Source: Tubulanus polymorphus
Lineage: Eukaryota > Animalia > Nemertea
NCBI RefSeq assembly: GCF_964204645.1
Contig: NC_134034.1
Span: 12,784,962-12,848,961 of the forward strand
Length of the DNA stretch: 64,000 nucleotides
Reading direction: 5' to 3'
Shown here: positions 52,801-61,800 of the stretch, piece by piece
How the letters are laid out: each line of letters opens with the position of its first letter
How positions within the stretch are numbered: position 1 is the first letter of the stretch
The notes under the pieces: model-generated
The model's input: only the letters and a program-made list of their open reading frames with translations
What the model was told of the DNA's origin: nothing
The model's database searches: none
Program-made: the position numbers and the translations under genes

Positions 52801-55800
52801 CGTCGTAAGAGGTCATATGAAGGTCGTCGAGTACGAACAGTAGATTGTTGGGTATTTTCGCCGCTGTAGCCGTGGTAACATTAGGAGCGGCGTTACCGGC
52901 AGACGAGCGTTTGTTGCGTAATTCACCGACGTGTCTCATCAGACCGTTACGTAGTTTCTCAGGGGTGAACGAATCGGTCGAACAAACGAATCTACAACCG
53001 CCTGCATTCTTAGGTACAATTACACTCTACATAATACAATACAAATACATAATCAATATCAGCGCCCTCTACCGGTGACCTTACAAATTGAGACCTCAAC
53101 AAGCCTTGCTTCAACAAGCTTGTACTTTTGTGGCCTCATCCAAGATTTGACTCTGTCAGAGGTCTCATGTAAAGATTTCTTATTCTGAGCGTGTGCGGCC
53201 TCATCAAGTTTAAAGCCCTAACCTCATCAGGTTCTGAGGTTTCATCAAGGGTTTTAGCCTCTACCTGAGGCTGAAAAGATTGGTGGCTCCAATGTCAACC
53301 ACTTCCATCTGACACAGTCTCCAGTTTATGAGTTCGTTATACATCAGTGAAATTCACAGTCAGGAATCCACAGTCAGGCCTCGATTCAGAGAAAGTTTCT
53401 AAAACTTTGTAATTCTTTAAGACTGGCAGCTGCTAGTACAAAGACATACCTGGCAGCAGCTAGTAATTAGACACGTACCTGGCAGCAGCTAGTAACTAGA
53501 CACGTACCTGGCAGCAGCTAGTAACTAGACACGTACCTGACAGCAGCTAGTAACTAGACACGTACCTGGCAGCAGCTAGTAACTAGACACATACCTGGCA
53601 GCAGCTAGTAACTAGACACGTACCATGCAGCAGCTAGTAACTAGACACGTACCTGGCAGCAGCTAGTAACTAGACACGTACCTGGCAGCAGCTAGTAACT
53701 AGACACGTACCTGGCAGCAGCTAGTAACTAGACACGTACCTGGCAGCAGCTAGTAACTAGACACGTACCTGGCAGCAGCTAGTAACTAGACACGTACCAT
53801 GCAGCAGCTAGTAACTAGACACGTACCTGGCAGCAGCTAGTAACTAGACACATACCTGGCAGCAGCTAGTAACTAGACACGTACCTGTAAGAGTGAAGAT
53901 TTCCCGACTCCCGGAGCACCGGTCAGTAAAACCTGCTGATTACTTGACACCAGTAAATCCATTATATACACATAACGCTCCAACTGTCGATGAGAAACAT
54001 AATGAGTTACCAGAGATTGACTCCATTACACTGAATAAGGATTTAATTTGAGTCATTAATTAAAGAGTCACCAGAGATTGACTCCATTACATCGAATAAG
54101 GTTTGAATTTGAGTCATAATTTAAAGAGTCACCAGAGATTGACTCCATTACAATGCATAAGGATTGAATTTGAGTCATCAGTTAAAGAGTCACCAGAGAT
54201 TGACTCCATTACAGTGCATAAGGGTTGAATTTGAGTCATCGATTACCTCGGGAGTCATCAGATATTGGATGCCGACATTTTTCGGTTTCGTTTCGACTTT
54301 CGTCCATCTGACGAGCGAACCTGATTTCATATCAACGCAATAATCGAACACCGACCCGTCGTCGGGGACAACAACGCGATGAGCGTCGCGAAACATTGTC
54401 TGACGAACGAAATGATCGAATTTCTCGACGCAACTGGAAAAATTTCAAACGAGTTCATTTGATTTTGAATTTGTATCGAAAAGCAAGGGTCACATCTGTA
54501 AAGACCTAGGGGCCAGGGCCCAGTTTCACGAAAAAGTTTAAGCCTAAGACGGTTAAGTTTGAATTGTTGTCCTCATTGAAAACATGAAGTAACCAATAGC
54601 AATTACACCAAAAATTTGAGTTAACTTTTTTGTGAAACTGGGGCCAGTTGCTCAAAAGTTGGTTAAAGATAACCGGCTGACATATACCATAGTAACAATG
54701 AACTTTTCATTGTCACTATGCCAACTATTCACTGGTTAACTCTAACCAACTTTTAACCAACTGGCCTCGGACTTAGATTAAATTCTGTCTTAGGCCACCT
54801 TTTTTTCTATAGACCAGCTAACAATTTACAATCAATGAAGGATTTAGGAGTACCGCGGCCAAACTTCCAAAGTTCATAGCTTAGATTTAAGACCAGTATT
54901 AAGACTATCTTAACTGTATATCCAATATTACAGTACAAGGGACCAAGGGACCAGTTTTAAGAGTCATTTTTGGACTGAGATCATTTTTGGACTGAATTAA
55001 CAACTGCTCTGGCGTCTGCAGTTGCTCAAAAGTCAAAAATTGATGATTTCAAAAACTGAACTAATTTGAAAGTTATTTTCGGACTGAGATCATTTTTGCA
55101 CTGAATTAACGACTGTGCCCCCCCCCTGGCATTTGCAGTTACTCGAAATTCAAAAATCGTTGATTTCAATAGTCGCCATGTCGGTTATAAACTAAACTAA
55201 TTGTTACCTCTCGTGAAGTTGACCTCCGAATCCCCAGATAAACGCGTACGTGAAAAGCGCTTTCACCGAGTTGATATAATTAGGGAAGTTTTCCTCTATG
55301 ATCGCGCTCGATTGACTGCTCTGATAGCTGCGAGCGCTCCGCGACGAGTTACGCCCTCCACCTCCGCTCTGAGACGACCTCGGTCGTAACCGCGACGCCG
55401 CACTACCAGCGGCGGTATTGTTATCCGATTCAAACTGAGCTACAAACAAAAATACCGAACACACAGAAAATCATGACGTCTGAAAGTTAAGTTAACCCTT
55501 TCAGTGCGTCTACACCGCAGTGCAGTGTATAAATCAGTGATAGATTTTGGTACTACACTGCGCCGCGGTGTAGACGCAATATAGTGGTAATCCCGTTATT
55601 CAACACACTAGGGTGGAATTTTTCAAAATCTTCAAATAATCTCGAGCACTATAGGGTCAGCACTGAAAGGGTCAAGTCAAGTTAAGATTTAAGAACGACT
55701 CGAACCTTTTCTTTGCATTTGTTTTTCGAGTTCGTCCCGCAATAGATAACGTTCCATCAGCGCCGACAATATCTTCAACGTCGCCGACACCTGATGAATA

Positions 55801-58800
55801 CCGGGCGTAGCCGCCGTAACAGTCCGTCCGTCCGATAGTGATAACGAACATTCTGCGTCGATGAACGCGAGAGTTTTAGCGAAAACTCGTAAACACAACT
55901 CCTGAATTACGCGTAAACTGTAAAAACATTCGTCAATATTATTCATTAAGTTAGCAGGGTTCGCAAGACCTGGGGCCGGTTGCGTAGTCATGGCTTAGAC
56001 TTAAGACCAGTCTAAGACCAACTTAGTTCTACAGCCAATCTAACAACTTAAGACCAGTCTTAAGATTTAAGAACACTTTTTGACTTAAGTCATGACTGTG
56101 CAACTGGCCCCTGGTTTTATAGACTGTATTAACCCGGGGCGGTTAACTGAATTCATTTTCACTTGAGTTAGACCCCGGGTCAAAGTTTAAACCCCGTTTA
56201 TAAAACAAGCCCGGTTTCCTAGACTGGGTTTGTAAGTAATCCCTAGGGGTAATCCTTAATCCGTGTAACAACCCCCGTAGTAACAATGAGAAACCATGGT
56301 TATAACTGACGAATTTCAAAATGTTCCCAGGGACTATTTTTCTTCCACATCTATGAAACCCAGCCTAGGATTACAAAGCTGCCAAACTCTGGAAATGATT
56401 TTTTAAAAGGGGTATTTCATCAATGTGTTAAACTTGTTTGAACACTGACCACGATGACGTAAGCAGGTATCTATTTTTAGCCGGAGTACACCACGATTCT
56501 ACCAACGACTTCCAACTGTTAGCGGCGCCATCTATATGTATAACTTGTGACTTAGCGACGATCGCCGGTGAAGCGTTTTCTAAAGTCGACGTTTCAAAAA
56601 TTAAACTGATTGAATCTGAAAAACAACGCGAGACAGATATATATTACTGATCCTGTTCTTCTCTTGCTCGAATCTTGAGGAATACTGGTCAACGAATCTT
56701 GCGGAATACTGGTCAATGAATCTTGAGGAAGACTGGTCAACAAATCTTCTAAAATACTGGTCAACCAATTTTGAGGAAGATTGGTCAAGGAATCTCAAGG
56801 TATACTGGTCAAGGTATCTCAAGGTATATAGGTCAAGGAATCTCCAGGTATACTGGTCAAGATATCTCAACGTAAACTGGTCAAGGAATCTCCAGGTATA
56901 CTGGTCAAGGAATCTCCAGGTATACAGGTCAATAGGCTCAAGGTGAAGTTAGTTTTTACCTTGTAGAACGACGGTTGATCCGTTCGGTAATTTCAATCTT
57001 CTCTCATCGTCGAACACAGACATCATACCGTTGACCCAAACGCCACCTATATTCCCGTCCAATACGATCAGTTTCTGTATCGTATCCACGTCAGTCGTCG
57101 TTTGATTTTTACTCGTCGTTGTTTTATCCGTCTGCTGTTTGTCGCGATAAATTTCGGCCGATTGAATTTGAAACGCGGAATTTTTGAGTAAATTCGCGAG
57201 AATTCCCGTCTCCCAGACGCCAGCATCAGATGAGAATTCACCAAATAGCTACAAATAGATAAACAACACAAAATTCAACTTGATAACATTAACTCATGCT
57301 CCAAATTCTTTTTTTTAGATAAATCATATCCTTCCTTAGAAGTTATTGTGTTTACAGATTTATCAAGATTGACATAAATTCATTTCATGTAAATTAACTA
57401 GTTTAAAATGTAAAAATCAAATATTTACGCGCATGCATTAATACTTTCAGTTATCAAAATAACTTGCTAGAAGGGGTTATTTCTCCTAAAATTGAGATCT
57501 CCTAGCCGTAAAGTTCCCCTAGTTAAGGAAAGGAGGGGGAGCAAGGGGTTAATGCCCTTACCTGTGAAGTTGTAAACATATTCGGGTGTAGAATTTCGAT
57601 ATCTATCTGCGGATAATCTCGTGATGTTTTTCCCGTGTTATCGTTGAGAATATCGTTGTAAAGATTCTGCAGTCGGTTGAGTCTGTGCGACACGTTCCTC
57701 CATTTATTCATGTATTTCGTCATGTGCTGACGTTCATCTTTTACACCCCGTAAAACCTGTCAAATTCGATATCAATTCATAAATCAATCATTGAATTACC
57801 GGTTACAATTAGCAGGGTGGTGCCACTTCCAAATCCCCCCGAGTTTTCCCTCATTTTCCATGTGATTGCACTAAATTCCCTGCGTGAATCAGAGATATTT
57901 CTAGGTTTACGTGTTAAAATTCAATCATTTCTCATTGAATCGCGTATTGATAAAGAAACAATATTATAGCATTCCCAGAGTTTTCTAGGTTTTTTGGCAA
58001 AATTTGTCAAATTCACATTGATCTGCGATCCAGAACTATGGAACAGAGTTCAGAACAGTGGAACTGGGTCCTGAACGGTAGAACTAGATCCTGAACAGTG
58101 GAACTGGGTCCTGGACAGTGGAACTAGATCCTGAACAGTGGAACAGAGTTCAGAACAGTGGAACTGGGTCCTGGACAGTGGAACTGGGTCCTGAACAGTG
58201 GAACTAGATCCTGAACAGTGGAACAGAGTTCAGAACAGTGGAACTAGATCCTGAACAGTGGAACTGGGTCCTGAACAGTAGAACTAGATCCTGAACAGTG
58301 GAACTGGTTCCTGAACAGTAGAACTAGATCCTGAACAGTGGAACTGGTTCCTGAACAGTAGAACTAGATCCTGAACAGTGGAACTGGGTCCTGAACAGTA
58401 GAACTAGATCCTGAACAGTGGAACTGGGTCCTGAACAGTAGAACTAGATCCTGAACAGTGGAACTGGGTCCTGAACAGTGGAACTAGATCCTGAACAGTG
58501 GAACAGAGTTCAGAACAGTGGAACTAGATCCTGAACAGTGGAACTGGGTCCTGAACAGTAGAACTAGATCCTGAACAGTGGAACTGGTTCCTGAACAGTA
58601 GAACTAGATCCTGAACAGTGGAACTGGGTCCTGAACAGTAGAACTAGATCCTGAACAGTGGAACTGGGTCCTGAACGGTAGAACTAGATCCTGAACAGTG
58701 GAACTGGGTCCTGAACGGTAGAACTAGATCCTGAACAGTGGAACTGGGTCCTGAACAGTAGAACTAGATCCTGAACAGTGGAACTGGGTCCTGAACGGTA

Positions 58801-61800
58801 GAACTAGATCCTGAACAGTAGAACTAGATCCTGAACAGTGGAACTGGGTCCTGAACAGTAGAACTAGATCCTGAACAGTGGAACTGGGTCCTGAACAGTA
58901 GAACTAGATCCTGAACAGTGGAACTGGGTCCTGGACAGTGGAACTAGATCCTGAACAGTGGAACTGGGTCCTGAACAGTAGAACTAGACCCTGAACAGTG
59001 GAACTGGGTCCTGAACAGTAGAACTAGATCCTGAACAGTGGAACTGGGTCCTGAACAGTGGAACTGGGTCCTGAACAGTAGAACTAAATCCTGAACAGTG
59101 GAACTGGGTCCAGAACAGTAGAACTAGATCCTGAACAGTGGAACTGGGTCCTGAACAGTAGAACTAAATCCTGAACAGTGGAACTGGGTCCTGAACAGTA
59201 GAACTAGATCCTGAACAGTGGAACTGGGTCCAGAACAGTAGAACTAGATCCTGAACAGTGGAACTGGGTCCTGGACGGTAGAACTAGATCCTGAACAGTG
59301 GAACTGGGTCCTGAACAGTAGAACTAGATCCTGAACAGTGGAACTGGGTCCTGAACAGTAGAACTAGATCCTGAACAGTGGAACTGGGTCCTGAACAGTA
59401 GAACTAGACCCTGAACAGTGGAACTGGGTCCTGAACAGTGGAACTGTGAACTGTGGAACTGGGTCCTGGACGGTAGAACTAGATCCTGAACAGTGGAACT
59501 GGGTCCTGAACAGTAGAACTAGATCCTGAACAGTGGAACTGGGTCCTGAACAGTAGAACTAGATCCTGAACAGTGGAACTGGGTCCTGAACAGTAGAACT
59601 AGATCCTGAACAGTGGAACTGGGTCCTGAACAGTAGAACTAGACCCTGAACAGTAGAACTGGGTCCTGAACAGTAGAACTAGACCCTGAACAGTAGAACT
59701 AGATCCTGAACAGTGGAACTAGATCCTGAACAGTGGAACTGTGAACTGTGGAATTGGAGTCAGAGTATAAATAAAAGGTTCAAGAGTTTTGTAACGTACA
59801 TTAATCGTCTGTTGAATATTACGTCGTAAACCGGTTTCCATGTTCAACTGATCGAAGTCGTCTGCTGCTCCTGCTGCGTCTGCTGTTTCACCGTCAGTGT
59901 GTAGAGCGTTCATAGCACGAGCGAGCGTTTGATAACACGTCGTTTTACCGCTACCCGCCGCCCCTAATAGCACTATAGAGGGCGCCACTGATGACTGTAA
60001 CGTCGTGTATAACTGTAGAATCTACAAAACGCGAGAAAAGGCAAATTTAACAGTTTCCCGGATTCCAAAATTCGGTCGCAATTTTAAAGGTTTTGAAACT
60101 TGAGCTCCACTGACCTTGTTAATAGGTTCCGACGTTACTTGTAGGTTATCGCGTGCCATTTGCTCTTGGACGGCTGACATAACGACTGGGTCGTGAGGCT
60201 GTACGCCGGACTTCGGACGGGAACTCTGCGGGAATACCGTACGCATTAACTCTTTAAACTGCTGCATCGAGCCCGCGTCCGAATCCAGCCGCGGTCCCAA
60301 CACGTTGACGAACCCGTAGATTATCGCGTATTCTTCTTTAGTCGTTAGATCCATTCTCGACAAATGGGACGACGTGGACTCGGTCGTCCGCGCCGACACC
60401 GGCGTACTGCTGCCACCTAGTAGAGAAACGATCAATTATTTACAATCATAGGGGAACGGGAAGAAATTTTCAGTTGTTTCGCTTGTTTCCACTGTTTCTC
60501 ATCGTTAACCATGACGATAACTGACAAATTCAAATTTCAAAATCGAAATTGTCAAATAAGAACGACATTCTTAAAAATTCATAAGATTCTCTTCAAAATT
60601 CATTCAAATCTCCTTTATGTTTGTAAGTCTCGCCCCTAAACACCGATTAAGCGATAAAGAATAACGCAGACCTTGATGATTTTCGGATCCATCGTACGAC
60701 AGATTGTCGTCTGCGTCTGCTTCGAACATCGCTTCGTGTTTCTTACGTCTGACGTGAATTTTAAACGCCGCCAATTCTACAATCTGTTTCAATATTCGCA
60801 TTCCGATACTCAACGACATCTGAAACACACGAGTTCTATATACTCTTCAGAAGCTACATTCAATATCTAGACGCTGAAATCTATGGCTGCCTCCATAAAT
60901 CACCCTATGACATCATTAATTATCAGGGGCTGCAGTTGCTCAAAAGTTGGTTAGATTTAACCAGTGGATAGTTGATATAGTGACAGTTGAAAGTTCATTG
61001 TTACTATGGTTGTTACCCGTTGGTCATTTTTAACCAACTTTACAGCAACTTGCCCCAGAAGTCAGAATACACTTATGGCTTATACTTCTATTATAGAATG
61101 GCTTATACTTCTATTCTCTCTCCCTCTCACTCCCCATTCTTTCCCCATCTCCCTCCCCATTTTCCCACCTCTCCCTCCCCATTCTTTCCCCCTCTCACTC
61201 CCCACTCTTTCCCCTCTCACGCCCTCTCCTCTATTCTCGTACCTGTTTGTTCAAGAATTCAGTAAGCAGAACGATCTTCTTAGTTAACTGCGCAGCGTCT
61301 GTGAATCCTCGACAAATTAAACTCGTTTCCACGACAACTTTAATATCGGGTACAACCAGAGCGCAGGGCCGCATCAACAACTGAAATATATACAACAAAT
61401 TATTTCAACAATCCAAATTCAAATATCAGCGGTGAGTTGCTCAAAAGTTGGCTAAAAATGACCAGCGGATAGATACCATAGTAATAATGCCATTTCAATT
61501 GTCACTATATGAACTATCCCACTAACTCTAACCAACTTTTGAGCAACTGCAGGCCTAGTTTCTTACGACAGCAATCCGCAGAGTGTTTTTTACCTTGATG
61601 GCGTCCGGTATAGTTTTGAAGTTACGATTTCCGGTGTTCAACGTCATAAAACACCCGAAGTGCGACCGCGCCTGAATAAACTCTCCGTTAAACATCATAT
61701 AACCGATAAATCCGGGCTGATAAACAGATCTCGATCTGCTGTCCGATATATCGCTCTCGCTATCAGTAAACTGTTTCAATTTATCTGGGGAAAAAATCGA

